DNA of 64,000 nucleotides from Octopus vulgaris (taxonomy: Eukaryota): contig OX597818.1 in assembly GCA_951406725.2 (NCBI GenBank), forward strand, positions 84,506,001 through 84,570,000. Direction: 5' to 3'. The position numbers were made by a program, and so were the translations under genes. The notes under the pieces were generated by a model, which worked only from the letters and a program-made list of their open reading frames with translations, was not told where the DNA came from and ran no database searches. Below, in pieces: positions 1 through 13,193 of this stretch (positions within the stretch are counted from its first letter, which is position 1; the number at the start of each line of letters is the position of its first letter).

Positions 1-744
1 AGCAGAAAGAGTGAGGGGGGAAGAGAAAGGGTGAGAAGACAGAAAGAGAGTTGGAGGCAGAGGGGGGGGAGTGGGGATGGAGAGAAGGATGGAGGGAGAG
101 AGGGAGAGAAGAGAAATAGTGATGGGGAGAGTTACTGAGAGTCTTTGAGAAAGATGGAGAGTGACAGCGAGGAAAAGAGAGAGCGAGAGAGAGAGAGAGT
201 GCGCGTGGGTGGGTGTATGTGTGTGTGTGTGTGTGTGCGTGTGTGCGGGTGTGTGTGTGTCTTTGAGAAAGACAGAGAGTCAAAGAGAGGAAAAGGGTTT
301 GTGTCTTTCTGAAGGACAGTGAGAGTCGGTGAGATAACAAGAGAGTGTGTATGTGTTTTGAGTGAGAAAGAGAAAGAGACAGAGAGAGTGATGAAGAGAG
401 AGTGTGAATGTCTTTGAAAGAGAAGAAGGAGAGCCAGAGAGCGGTGGAGGCTGGTAACACATTACAAAATCTTTGCAATATTGTCTGTCACCCCATTAAG
501 GTTTCAATTCTTTTAATTTATCAATATATTTTTGTTTTTGTTTTTGTTATTATTTTTGCGTTCCATGGAAAATGTCTCCTTTATAGACGAGATATTCTTC
601 CTATATTATTTTCTGTTTCCAGTTTATTTTTTTGTTTTGCTTTTTTTTTTGGTGTTTAGTTCATTTTTCGTTTTTCTTCTTATTTATTTTTGCCTTGCTT
701 TTGTTTTGTTTTCAAGTCTCACGTGGACAAACAGAACCAATACA

Positions 745-783
<39 letters not shown>

Positions 784-796
784 GTATGTATGTGTG

Positions 797-845
<49 letters not shown>

Positions 846-876
846 GTATGTATGTGTGTATGTAAATATATATGTG

Positions 877-912
<36 letters not shown>

Positions 913-1386
913 CATGCATACGTAAATATATATAACAAAAAACATAAATACGAATAACAATAACATACAAAATATTAACAACAATAATAATGATAATAAT
1001 AATAATAATAATAATGATAATAATAATATAAAAAAAACACAAATATGGAGAAAAAAATAGCATAAACAACGCTGAAATAATAACAACAAACTTAACAGCC
1101 ATAAAGACAAAAACACCAAGAACAACAACAACAACGACAACGCTACGACATCTAATATGAACAACAATAAAGACGTAACATTCACTTATCTCACAAACGT
1201 AATAACGAAAGCAAAGCATATTTACGCTCGGTTTTAACGCCGCTTCTAACATTGATTAAAAAGAATTGATCGGGTAAATAAAAACAACAACAACACAAAC
1301 AAAACAAACAACAACAACTACTACTACTACTACGACTACTGCTTCTACTGCTTATAGCATAAACAATAACAACAGTAATGACAGCA

Positions 1387-1421
<35 letters not shown>

Positions 1422-1638
1422 CAAGCGAATTATTTTAACGGCGACAAACACAGATAGTAATGATGATGACGTTGATGATGACGTCGATGATGGTGATGAT
1501 GATGGTGGTGGTGGTGGTGGTGGTAGTGGTCATAATGATGGTGATGATGATGAGGAGGAGGAAAATAATAACAAATACATGCAAAATTTGCCTGTATTTT
1601 ATCATTCAGGCACACACACGTGTATATGTAAGTTGGTG

Positions 1639-1640
<2 letters not shown>

Positions 1641-1712
<72 letters not shown>

Positions 1713-1736
1713 ATACATATATATAGATATATATAT

Positions 1737-1804
<68 letters not shown>

Positions 1805-1910
1805 ATATATATATAATATACATATATATAGATATATATATATACATACATATATATATATATATATGTGTACATAAATACATACATACATTTATATATA
1901 TATATAGATA

Positions 1911-1946
<36 letters not shown>

Positions 1947-2100
1947 TGTATGTATGTATGTATGTATGTATGTATGTATGTATGTATGTGTGTGTGTATG
2001 TATGTATGTATGTATCTATGTATGTATGTATGTATGTATGTATGTATGTATGTATGTATGTATGTATGTATGTGTGTGTGTATGTGTGTATGTATGTATT
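1641..2100. repeat. Compound (TA)n/(TG)n/(TATG)n microsatellite with a local ~120-bp tandem duplication
   Basis: Read directly; the block (TA)n(TG)n...ataatatacatatatatagatatat occurs twice. Confidence 0.9.
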
Positions 2101-2249
2101 GCAGTGGTGTGAAACGCGAGTTTCAGCTTGAAAAAAAAAAAACTATATACATACATAAATGTGTGTGTGTGTGTGTGTGTGTGTTGTTTTACTTCTCAAA
2201 TTTTCACTCAAAGGATTGTTGCACATGCCTTGTCTGAAAGAATATGATG

Positions 2250-2261
2250 CAGGCAGCAGCA

Positions 2262-2343
<82 letters not shown>

Positions 2344-3240
2344 GAAAATGAGCAGTTGTTTCACGGTTTCGAGGCGGATTGGCGTGTCATCTATTACAAC
2401 AATAACTACTACTATAACTACTACAACAGCTGTTGAAGTTGCTGCTACTACTACCGCCGCAATTACTGCTACTGCTGCTGCTACTACTACTACTACTATT
2501 TTACTACTACTAAGTAGGCTTCATTTCCTGCATTTCTTACACGCCCTACTTCTTGCTCTCTACTTCTTTTTCTTCCTCTTCTTCTTCTTCTTCTTCTTCT
2601 TCTGCTTCTTCTTCTTCTGCTTCTTCTTCTTTGTATTCTTCCTCTTCCCCTTCTTCTTCCTCTTCTCCTTCCTCTTCTCCTTCCTCTTCTCCTTCCTCTT
2701 CTCCTGCCTCTGCTTCTCCTTCCTCTTCTTCATTTTCTTCTCCTTCCTCTTCTTCGTTTTCTTCTCCTTCCTCTTCTTCCTCGTTTTCTTCGTTTTCTTC
2801 TTCTTTTTCTTTTTTCTTCTTCTTCTTCCTCTTCTCCTTCCTCTTCTTCTTTGTTTTCTCTTTCTCCTCCTTCTCCTCCTTCTTCTTCTTCTTCTTCTTC
2901 TTCTTCTTCTTCTTCTTCTTCTTCTTCTTCTTCTTCTTCTTCTTCTTCTTCTTCTTCTTCTTCTTCTTCATTTTCATCTTTTTCCTTCCCCTTCTTCCCA
3001 TTCTTTTTCTTCACTCCTTCAACTTCAACAAAGTTATCATCGTTCTCCATATTTTCTACTTCAATACTACTTGCTTTTCTTGTATTTCTACCAGTACCCC
3101 ACCACTACTACTACAACTACTACTGGTCCCACCATCACCAACAACAACAACAACACCACTACTACTACTATTACTACTATTGCTACTATAACTGCAACTA
3201 CTACTACTACTACCAGTACTACTACTGATGCTGCTGCTGC
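2250..3240. repeat. Trinucleotide array complex (CAG/TAG/CTA/CTT)n
   Basis: Read directly; it explains the long stop-free ORFs here. Confidence 0.9.
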
Positions 3241-3506
3241 TTCTTGTACATGTGTTAGTACTCATATTGTTGCTACTGTTGTTGCTGTTGTTTTTGTTAA
3301 GCAACAAGACGGGTAAGGGTGATTAGGTGATGGTCTAGGGCTTAGGGACGGGAGACCCCAGACCTTGGAAAAAAAAACTTTGGTTGTCTTGTAGTCGAGG
3401 GCTCTTCGTTGACGCTCGATACCACTGGGAGGTGGCTCTCGAAGTCGCTGGAAATGGAGATCTCCAGGTCCAAATTCTGTTGCTGTTGCTGCTGCTGCTG
3501 CTGCTG

Positions 3507-3569
<63 letters not shown>

Positions 3570-4454
3570 ATTTAATCTTCATTAACAATGATCGTTCATC
3601 ATCAGTTCTGTAACTGATTGTATTTGTTGCCACTGCTGCTGCTGTTGTTGTTGTTGATGATGATGATGATGATGATGATGACGACGACGACTACGATGAC
3701 GATGATGATGATGATAATGATGATGATGTTGATGCTGCTGCTACTGCTGCTGCTGCTGCGGTCGGTGATGTTATTACTGCTGTTGATGGTGTCGAATTTA
3801 ATGTCGTTGTCTTTCATGCTATTTGAATTTTATATATGCATATATTATTTTTGTTCTTTCTGCTGTTATTGTTGATACTGTTTTTGTGACTGACTCTGGC
3901 ATTGCTGTTGTTGTTGTTGTTGTTGATGTTGTTTCCTTTGAAATTCCGAGACTGTAAACTTCACTCATTATTATTTACATATTTACATCAGGGAGAAGGT
4001 GGTTTTCTTTTAACTACTTACGTACATACATCTAGAATAATGCACACTACACACTATACAAAACAAACACACAAATATACATACATGTACATATATAAAT
4101 AATCTATGCATACACATAGATATGCAAATACATGCACACGTACACATGTGCATATATACATAAAGATCTACATTTAATACTATGGAATTCTGCACACATT
4201 GGCTTTTCAAGTCTAGGCAACAACCGCAAAGGTGCTACAACAGACATGATAATAATGTGAAGAGTAATGATGATGATTATGATGATGATGACGACGACCG
4301 TGATGATGATGATGATCATGATGACGATGATAATCATGATGATGACAATGATGATGATGACGACGATAATGAATTTTTTTTTCCATGATAGTAATGTTTA
4401 TAGTACTGATGAATACGGCGGTCATTATGATTGAAGTCATGAAAAGAATATTTA

Positions 4455-4513
<59 letters not shown>

Positions 4514-4622
4514 GTTGTTGTTGTTTTCGTTGTCATTAACGTTATCATTATTATTGTCATTGTATTTATGATTGCACTGTTAATGTTAATGTTTGTCATG
4601 ATGTTGATTGTGATTACGGTTT

Positions 4623-4683
<61 letters not shown>

Positions 4684-4699
4684 TAATAATGATAATAAA

Positions 4700-5235
4700 T
4701 GTACCGATGCAGTACCAGGTAGTGGAACTCATGGCTTTTGAACTTCACTGATTGTAAGTTTTATCATGTACATATTTTGTCTTGTTGTAAAAAATGGTCT
4801 ACAGTAAATATTCTGCTCATTACCACAAATTTGCTTGCCAGTTGCTTGACCTTAATGGATGACGATATGTGCATCTCTGATCACAAACAGAAGTAGTGGT
4901 GGGAGCATTATAGTCATGTATTGAGAGGAATTCTTTGGGGTTTGAATAATTCGCCTCTGAGAACATGAGTGTTTCGTTCATCATCATTAAACAAACGTTA
5001 TTCAAGGACCTTTTGAGCAGGATGGGCTATTCGATCTGAAAAAAGTCGAACTTGACCCCCACCTAGAAGGTCGTGCGTTGCTTATCTTGATATCAGATCC
5101 TCATGCCGCGCACATATGGTAGTAATGTGTGTGCCTGGTGTACGCTTATCAGACGGGTAGTCATGATGGGTATATTGGGCTTCCAGCATTTGTACCCCAG
5201 TGTCACTTTGATGGCATGCGCTCCTCTCTCACTCA
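4700..5235. mobile_element. Unclassified ~535-bp interspersed repeat embedded in (TAA)n, copy 1
   Basis: Colinear similarity to 8208-8689 (shared gacgatatgtgcatctctgatcac, gggtttgaataatt, gatgggcta); (TAA)n on both sides. Confidence 0.8.
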
Positions 5236-5279
5236 GTAATAATAATGATAATCATAATAATAATGATGATGGTGATGAT

Positions 5280-5491
5280 CCTTTCTACTATAGGCACAAT
5301 GCTGGAAATTTGTGGGGAAAGGACTAATCGATTACATCGACCCAAGTGCTTCACTGGTACTTAATTTAACGACCATGAAAGGATGAAAGGCAAAGTCGGC
5401 CTCGGTGGAATTTGAACTCAGAACGTAGAAAAGAACGAAATGCCGCCAAACATTTTGTCCGGCGTGCTAACGATTCTGCCAGCCTACCACC

Positions 5492-5492
<1 letters not shown>
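5280..5492 (-). mobile_element. tRNA-derived SINE family A (Deu/Nin-like domain)
   Basis: Reverse complement of the head ggcagaatcgttagcacgcc, B-box-like gagttcaaattcc, and gactttgcctttcatcc...aagtaccag. Confidence 0.9.
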
Positions 5493-5556
<64 letters not shown>

Positions 5557-5718
5557 TGTGAAAGTCTTGCACAGAAAGAGTACAAGCGTAGACACGACTA
5601 AGTGGCCCAAAACTTCCACTGGCTACTATGCCGTAAGTATGGAACTGAGATTACGGGTTTTTGGTACCAACAAACAACGTAAAAGGTAACGGACGAAAAG
5701 GAGAAAGCAAAAAATTTT
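5557..5718 (+). mobile_element. R4/Dong-like non-LTR retrotransposon fragment (region after the zinc knuckle)
   Basis: Translates CESLAQKEYKRRHD*VAQNFHWLLCRKYG..FWY, matching the C..LAQ.EYK.RHD.VA...HW.LC.KYG motif of REL-endonuclease elements; starts immediately after (TAA)n. Confidence 0.85.
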
Positions 5719-5728
5719 TGTTGTTTTT

Positions 5729-5759
<31 letters not shown>

Positions 5760-5837
5760 TGACGATGACGACGACGACGACGACGACGACGATGATGATG
5801 ATAATGATGATGATGATGGGGAGGGGGAGGAGAAGGG

Positions 5838-6243
5838 ATGGGTGGGTTCGATCAGCTGGCGACGACACACAAATCGGTGAGAAAATCTGTGAAATGGTAC
5901 AACAAAATTTTCTTGTATATAGTTGACATGTGTGTTGTGAACTCACATTTAATTTGGAAGATCCTTGATGGTGTGGGTGATGGATCTACATTCAAGAGTC
6001 ATGTGTTCTGTAAAATGATAGAAGAATCGAACCTGTCAAAGTATAGAAAACTTTCTCCTCACCGCATGATGAAGGGACGTGGACATTTTTCACGACCGCC
6101 AAGAAGACAAATGCTTCAAAGTGATGCACAGTATGTAAAGCAAAATGGAAACGTAAGGAAACTAGATACTGTTGTTCATAATGTGCTATGCCACTGTGTG
6201 TGGTACCCTGTTTTGAATACTACTGTTCTAAATCAATTTTTGA
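5838..6243 (+). mobile_element. piggyBac transposase C-terminal remnant (decayed)
   Basis: MGGFDQ...RKSVKWYNKIFLYIVDMCVVNS is the piggyBac MGGVD/KWY motif. A shifted frame gives the Cys-rich tail CTVCK..KRKETRYCCS*CAMPLCVVPCFEYY. Confidence 0.85.
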
Positions 6244-6974
6244 ATTAACGTAATTGTAAGTACATGAAGTTGAGCTGACTTGTGCTGTTGAGAAATCTTA
6301 TTCAGGAATAATACTGCATGAGCGTCCTGCACAAGTATATAATTTAGGTAAATAAACAGTACTTGCACTAAAGCGAATGAAGTAAATATACACCGAACGT
6401 TAACTCGCACTGAGTGCTGACCTCAACTGTTTTCTGAATGTTTTCGAAATTAGAGTTTAATATACGACAGTCCAAATTTATTGCTTAACTCCTAGCGATG
6501 GATCACCCCTAGTGCATCCTCATTCCATTAAATGTGATTATGGGGGAAAGATACTGAAACACATCAATTCATGTCAAAGTGACAAAGAAACGAAGACGAT
6601 ATCAGATGATCTAAGAGTATGCTAAATTGCTCTTAAGTCCCACTCACACAAAACGTTTTTTTCATAATCGTATGGATTACTGAGCTGTAGAACATAAATT
6701 CGCAAAAGTTTCTGAACATTCCTAAAAATAAAGAAGTTACGAGGGGTTATATGGGGTGCTGAAACCAGAATCCCCCAATCTTCATGCAGAACAAACAGTC
6801 TATACGACAAGCACCTAATAACCTAAAACAACACAATTCCCTCAAAAAATGCCACGCAACATTAAGGCTCAAAAAATAACTCATTAACGCCTCCTCAAAA
6901 TAACACAACTCACGTTACACATACCACGCACAACAGAACATATACTAATATCACAAGAAACTAAACAGCATAAA

Positions 6975-7388
6975 GGCGACGAGCTAGCAGAATCGTTAGC
7001 GCGCCGGGCAAAATGCTTAGTATTTCGTCTGCCACTACGTTCTGAGTTCAAATTCCGCCGAGGTCGACTTTGCTTTTCATCCCTTCGGGGGTTGATGAAA
7101 TAAGTACCAGTTACGCACTGGGGTCGATATAATCGACTTAATCCGTCTGTCTGTCCTTGTTTGTCCTCTCTGTGGTTAACCCCTTGTGGGTAGTAAAGAA
7201 ATAGGTATTTCGTCTGCCGTTACGTTCTGAGTTCAAATTCCGCCGAGGTCGACTTTGCCTTTCATCCTTTCGGGGTCGAAAGATTAAGTACCAGTTACGC
7301 ACTGGGGTCGATGTAATCGACTTAACCCTTTTGTCTATCCTTGTTTGTCCCCTCTATGTTTAGCCCCTTGTGGGCAATAAAGAAATAA
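6975..7388 (+). mobile_element. SINE family A, dimeric copy with target-site duplication
   Basis: Head ggcgacgagctagcagaatcgttagc and two tandem bodies; TSD aagaa(a/g)ctaaacagcat at ~6955-6971 and ~7387-7403. Confidence 0.92.
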
Positions 7389-7548
7389 GAAGCTAAACAG
7401 CATTAAAAAAAAATGGTGCAGTACACCAAACGAGGAATCTACATCTTCCTAATCTTCTCAAACCTCAGAAATAAGGAGGTGCATCAGATGGTACTGTAGA
7501 AACTCATATAAAACTACCATAAAAGTTTTCATCATCATCACCACCACC

Positions 7549-7605
<57 letters not shown>

Positions 7606-7606
<1 letters not shown>

Positions 7607-7997
7607 CCTTTCTACTAAAGGCACATGGCCAGAAATTTGGGGGAGGGGACTAGACGATTACATCGACCCCAGTGTTTCATTGGTACTTAATTTATCGACC
7701 CCGAAAGGATGAAAGGCAAAGTCGACCTCGGTGGAATTTGAACTCAGAGCGTGTACGAAATATCTATTTCTTTACTACCCACAAGGGGCTAAACACAGAG
7801 GGGACGAACAAGGACAGACAAACAGATTAAGTCGATTATATCGACCCCAGTGCGTAACTGGTACTTATTTAATCTACCTCGAAAGGATGAAAGGCAAAAT
7901 CGACCTCGGCGGAATCTGAACTCAGAACGTAGCGGCAGACGAAATACCGCTAAGCATTTCGCCCAGCGTGCTAAAATTTCTGCCAGTTCGCTGCCTT
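7606..7997 (-). mobile_element. SINE family A composite copy between (TAA)n arrays
   Basis: Reverse complement of the family A head and two bodies. Confidence 0.9.
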
Positions 7998-8001
7998 AAT
8001 G

Positions 8002-8068
<67 letters not shown>

Positions 8069-8072
8069 TTAA

Positions 8073-8110
<38 letters not shown>

Positions 8111-8147
8111 TTAAAATAATAATAATAATAATAATAATAAAAATTAA

Positions 8148-8207
<60 letters not shown>

Positions 8208-8208
<1 letters not shown>

Positions 8209-8689
8209 GCCCTGATACAAAGCCTGGCACTGGCTCTCATAACTTCTGATCTTAACTGATCGGAAGTGTTATCACGTACATTGTTTTGTCTCGGTATAAA
8301 AGATGGGCTACAGCTAATAATCTGCTCAATACCACAGATTTGCATATCAGTTGCTTGACTTTAACCAGTTGTGCATGTCCCTTAGTGGCTGACGATATGT
8401 GCATCTCTGATCACGAGTAGAAGTAGCGGGAGAGGATCATAGGGTTTGAATAATTTAGCTCTGGAAATATGAGTGTTTAGTTCAACATCCTTAAACAACT
8501 CTTACTCGGGGACCTTTAGAGCGAGATGGGCTACTCGACCTGCAGAAAATTCGAATTGGGCCCCACCTGCAAGGTCATGCGCTGTCTATTTCGATATGAG
8601 ATTACCATGTTGCGCACATATAGTTGTGACTCATGTGCCTGGGGTTCCTTTATCAGAAAGAGTTGTCATGACGAGTATGATGGGCTCCC
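8208..8689. mobile_element. Unclassified repeat, copy 2 (same family as 4700-5235)
   Basis: Same start after (TAA)n (aaatg.cc.gat.ca) and colinear similarity. Confidence 0.8.
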
Positions 8690-8799
8690 TTGTTTTCTCT
8701 CTCCCTCCCTCTTTCCCTCTTTCCCTCTTTCTCTCTTTCTCTCTCTCTCTCTCCTTACTTTTCTTTGCGAGTTAAATTAGAAAGAGTCGATGAGAACTC

Positions 8800-9660
8800 T
8801 GTGAAAAAGAATGTTTCCATCTTTATAACTTTTGAGCTCGTCCACCAGATAATCCTTTCCGCCAAATCCACAAGACAAAGAAAAACTGCCATAACTGTTC
8901 TATTAAAGGAGAGTGACGGGACATTCAGCACAATCAATACGGCCGATGAGTCACACACACGACAGTAGCTGTTTGACATAACTACACAAGTCGGAAATAT
9001 CCGGAACATCGACTAGATTATATTCGGGGTCAACTTCATGGTGAGTATATCACCATATTCATCTCGTATCATCCTGAAATATTGAATGTTTAGTTCTGGA
9101 GACACATTTGTAAATGTAACTTTATTCCGAGGAGCGTGTGTATGAATGGCCTTCTTTAAGGATATTATTAAAGGCAATCTTAAGACTTTAGTGAAAGTTA
9201 CGGAAAAATGGGAGGCACCGTCTAAAAACCGTGAATCATGGAAAGAGATTATCAGAAGTAGATCTGATGTCTATAAGTAAGGGCGAGTGGAGGTCGTTGG
9301 TCTAAAGCAGTGCCTGCAGAAATCCAAAAATTAAATGTGTGACTGCAGAAATCCATCAGAAATTCCAAGGCAATGTACCTGAATCAGTTCATCCCTCAAG
9401 AGCTGAATTATTCTACCACCAAAACTCACACGAAGCAAGGAGAAATCAAACGACTTGTGAGTTGATCAGGCCAGCACGTCATCCACGGCAAATTTAAGTA
9501 TCGATTAATATGCAAATCAGCTGACGGTCTGATCAGGAGATCACAACTCAATTACATGAGGTCACTACTCAGCCAGTAATACCAAGAGACAGACAGTTCA
9601 ATTGTCACATCTGTGAACGTACTTGCAGAGTTATCTCCCTGCTAGCGATATAAATAAGCG
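8800..9660 (+). mobile_element. Decayed RTE-clade LINE, 3' part
   Basis: FKDIIKGNLKTLVKVTEKWEAPSKNRESWKEIIR resembles the RTE R(Y/F)KD.LK..LK...WE..A.DR..WR motif; C-terminal CHICERTC zinc finger near 9604. Confidence 0.65.
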
Positions 9661-10375
9661 GGCATTTTGCACCAAAAGCCAATATGAGACTTCCTTTCCT
9701 GGTAGCTACCGTAGTTTAGTTTGTTCTAACACAGCATCAATATTTAAGTGGAGATAAATATACCTCTCGGTATTTATTCTGCCACTGTGGCTAATATATA
9801 ATTTTTTAACAAGTTCAGTGACATCAGCGCCTCTTCTGGCACTGCTTTTTTTTATCGCTGGCGGAAGAATGACTCCCTGCTAACTCTAGAAGTCAAGCGT
9901 CCATATTTTACAAAACCAAGGAAGGTCGAAATCCCGTTATATGATGGTCTTGGCTCTGGAAGTGGTAAGGATTTATCTCCCCTCTAGTGATATAAGCTAG
10001 AGGGCATGAAAGTTTCTCTCATGCTAACTACCGCAGTATACTTTGTTCTAACAGAGCAGCAACGTTTAAGTGTGGATAAATATCACCTCTCCGTACTTGC
10101 AGAATAGAAGCTGGGCTGATGGGCCACCTGCGTGCACATGGCTGCACAAGGTTCAATGAAGGCATTCAACTGACAGAAAGAAGCAATCAGCATGTATGTA
10201 AGTTTGCATAAGGAGAGGTCGAAAGAAAAGAAGGAAGAAAGAATTTGGAAGAATAAAAAGATGTTCCATAGAAAATTATGAAAAGTATGAGACCTATCCT
10301 TCATTAAAATGTACATAGATAGATAAAATAATAAAAAAAAACATTTGTTTCTAACACGACAACATATTTCTTGTA

Positions 10376-10460
10376 GTCTTACATCGTTTCAGAATTGAGA
10401 CTATCAAAAAGAGGAACTGTTCTCAATATTATGGCTTCGTTTCGATGACGTTTTTGTTTA
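10376..10460 (-). ncRNA. Degenerate hammerhead-like motif in a pLTR-like repeat
   Basis: Minus strand reads ATTGAGA...TCTCAAT (helix II) then TCTGAAACGATGTAAGAC; the CUGANGA core is not recognisable. Confidence 0.35.
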
Positions 10461-10569
10461 TTTTCTAACGTCTTTAGTTTTCTTTTTTCTATATATTATG
10501 ATATTATATTTTGTTTGTTTCATTGCTCTAAGTCTGTCAGTATATAATATAGGTATACATGCATGTGTG

Positions 10570-10655
<86 letters not shown>

Positions 10656-10666
10656 TATATATATAT

Positions 10667-10735
<69 letters not shown>

Positions 10736-11002
10736 TACTTATGAATGTGCATATATACTATACATATACTCATATATACATATGTGCATTAATTTATTGC
10801 ATCAACCTGGCTTTAATATCTATATTTATTTTCCTTTGATTATATGTATATATTCTTATAAATAACTACATATATACACATGCATAGAAACATACATGTA
10901 TATATATATATATATATATGCACAAACACATATATAAGCATATATACATATATAAATATATGTAAATATAAAATATACATGTATATGCACACATATGTAT
11001 AC

Positions 11003-11051
<49 letters not shown>

Positions 11052-11289
11052 TACATACACGTACACGCACGCATTCACACACCACCACCCCACACACACC
11101 ACAGATATATTTGTACGTGGATGCATGTGGCTGTACATACACAGGCATACATATCTTATTGACACCCAAAACATCAAAGTCAGTCAATTTCAAAAAGGAG
11201 GTGGGTGAATATTCAAACATTTTACGTAGCCGTTGTGTTATTTTTTACATGTTCTCTGGTGTTAAACCTACATATTGAGTAGATGGCGC

Positions 11290-12244
11290 TTGTGGAGACG
11301 AAGTTGCCGGTGGTGGTGATGGCTGTGGCGATGGTGGTCGTGGTCGTGGTAAGAAAATGTTGCTGATAGTATTGATGGTGCTGGTGTGGTAAAAAAGATG
11401 GAGTTGGCGGTAGTGGTGGTAGTGTGGTAGTGATGCTAGTGATGTTAGTGATAGTGGTGGTGGTGGTGGTGGTAGTAGCAGTGGTGCCGGTGTTGGTGGT
11501 GCTGCTGATAATGGTAATAGTGATGATGATGGTGTTGGTAGAGGTGTAGATGATGATAGCGGTGGGGGGGGGGGTTGGAGAAGGCAACGGTTGTGGTAGT
11601 GCTGATGCTAGTGACTAATAATATTGTTTGTGGTGTGGTGTTTGCATCGGTTGTGTTGGTAGTAGTATAATTGGTGGCCATTTACCCGGTTGTAAGTAGA
11701 AATTGTGATGACAGCAGCATACGTAGTAGTTCTGATAGTAATAGTGGTAGTAGTAGTGGTGGTAATGGAAGTAGTATGGTGATTGTGAAGGTTGTCACCA
11801 TTATATGGTGGTGGTAGTGGTGGTGACGTCGTCGTCATCACTGTCGCCGTGGTTATGGTAGTGGTGGTGGTGGTCTTGGTGGTGGGGTGATGCTGGTCGT
11901 CGTCCTCGTAGTAATGGTGGTGGTCGTGGTCTTGGTGGTCGTGGTATTGATGGTGATAGCGGTCGTCGTCGTAGTTATGGTGGCGGTATTGGTGGTGGTC
12001 ATCGTTGGCGTGGTAATCGTCGTAGTAGTCTTCGTTATCGTCATTGTCGTGATGAAGGAGATAGTGGTTGTGATGGTGCTAGTGGTACTACTATTAGAAA
12101 CGGTGCAGGTGGTGGCGATAGGGTTGATGGTGGAGATAGTGGTGGGGTGGTGATAGTGCTGATATTAGTGGTGTTGAAGGAGATGATGGTAGTAGTGATT
12201 ATTACTGGAGTGGGGGTGTATGAAATGATTAATTGATTGGTTGG

Positions 12245-12278
<34 letters not shown>

Positions 12279-12332
12279 AATTGGTTGGTTGATTGATTGG
12301 TAGCTTGGTTGATTGATTAATTAATTGATAGG

Positions 12333-12366
<34 letters not shown>

Positions 12367-12430
12367 GGTTGGTTTTGGCTGGCTGGCTGGTTGATTGATT
12401 GATTGACTAGCTGGGTGGTTGTTTGATTGA
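11290..12430. repeat. Cryptic (GGT/GAT)n low-complexity tract followed by (GATT)n
   Basis: Read directly. Confidence 0.85.
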
Positions 12431-13162
12431 CTACCTTGGTGGGTGCATTGAGTAGTTGTTCGGTGGTTTATTTAGTATGGACCCGTGTAAATTCCGCGGG
12501 ATGAAAAAAATTCAGAGGACCTATTTAAGAAAGAAAGGATGCATTTTTAAAGCATTCATAGTTTAACTTACTTCAAATATTCTTGAGGTTCGTCTACATT
12601 CATTTCTACACGTCTCCGTCAGTGTTGTCGTTTTCCTTTTATAATTATATTTTCTCGCAGTTCCTCTCTGATCTGTGCTCTATATCTGCGTATCCTTTCT
12701 CGGGCAGCTTGCAACTTTATTTCTTGTGAAGACGTAGTTTAGGCTAAATTAATCCTTATAAACAAATATCAATTTTTTATGTGAGCAGACGATAAATTAT
12801 TGCACTTATGCACATGCTTTAAGTGATGGTCGTTATACCTTCCTGCCTTGTCTATCTCTCTATATACCATTCTTTAACCTCAACAACAGAACATCACTCC
12901 TTTCCTAAATATTGTATCCTAAACATATATCTTTCTCTTCAACTTTCCCTTCTGTTAACTTTTTAACCATGTAATATGTATTCCTTTTCCCACCCACCTC
13001 AAGTTGTTAACACTTCCCTCTACCTCTTTTTCTCTCACCATCTTTTCCTCTCATTCTTCGCCTCTACCTTCAGCTGACCACGTGATGCATTTGGCCTTAG
13101 TGTATTAATATTAATCACCCTTCCCTACTGCTTCCTCCCTTCTTTCTTCACTTTTCCCACTC

Positions 13163-13193
<31 letters not shown>

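Noticed and set aside
532-2237. Many overlapping 60-180 aa ORFs rich in YI/CV/MYVC
   Set aside because: Translations of (TA)n, (TG)n and (TATG)n; the same applies throughout the window.
2159-3316. 385-aa ORF with poly-S/T/F/L
   Set aside because: Made of trinucleotide arrays that are stop-free by composition; no domain.
5140-5165. CTGATAAG on the minus strand as a possible hammerhead core
   Set aside because: No correctly placed GAAA or helices.
6975-7060. tRNA-like A/B boxes as tRNA genes
   Set aside because: These are SINE heads continuing into SINE bodies; no complete cloverleaf.
12487-12640. CTGACGG..GAAA on the minus strand; possible mariner end
   Set aside because: Helix II does not form. 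It may be a very old mariner terminus, but it is too degraded to call.
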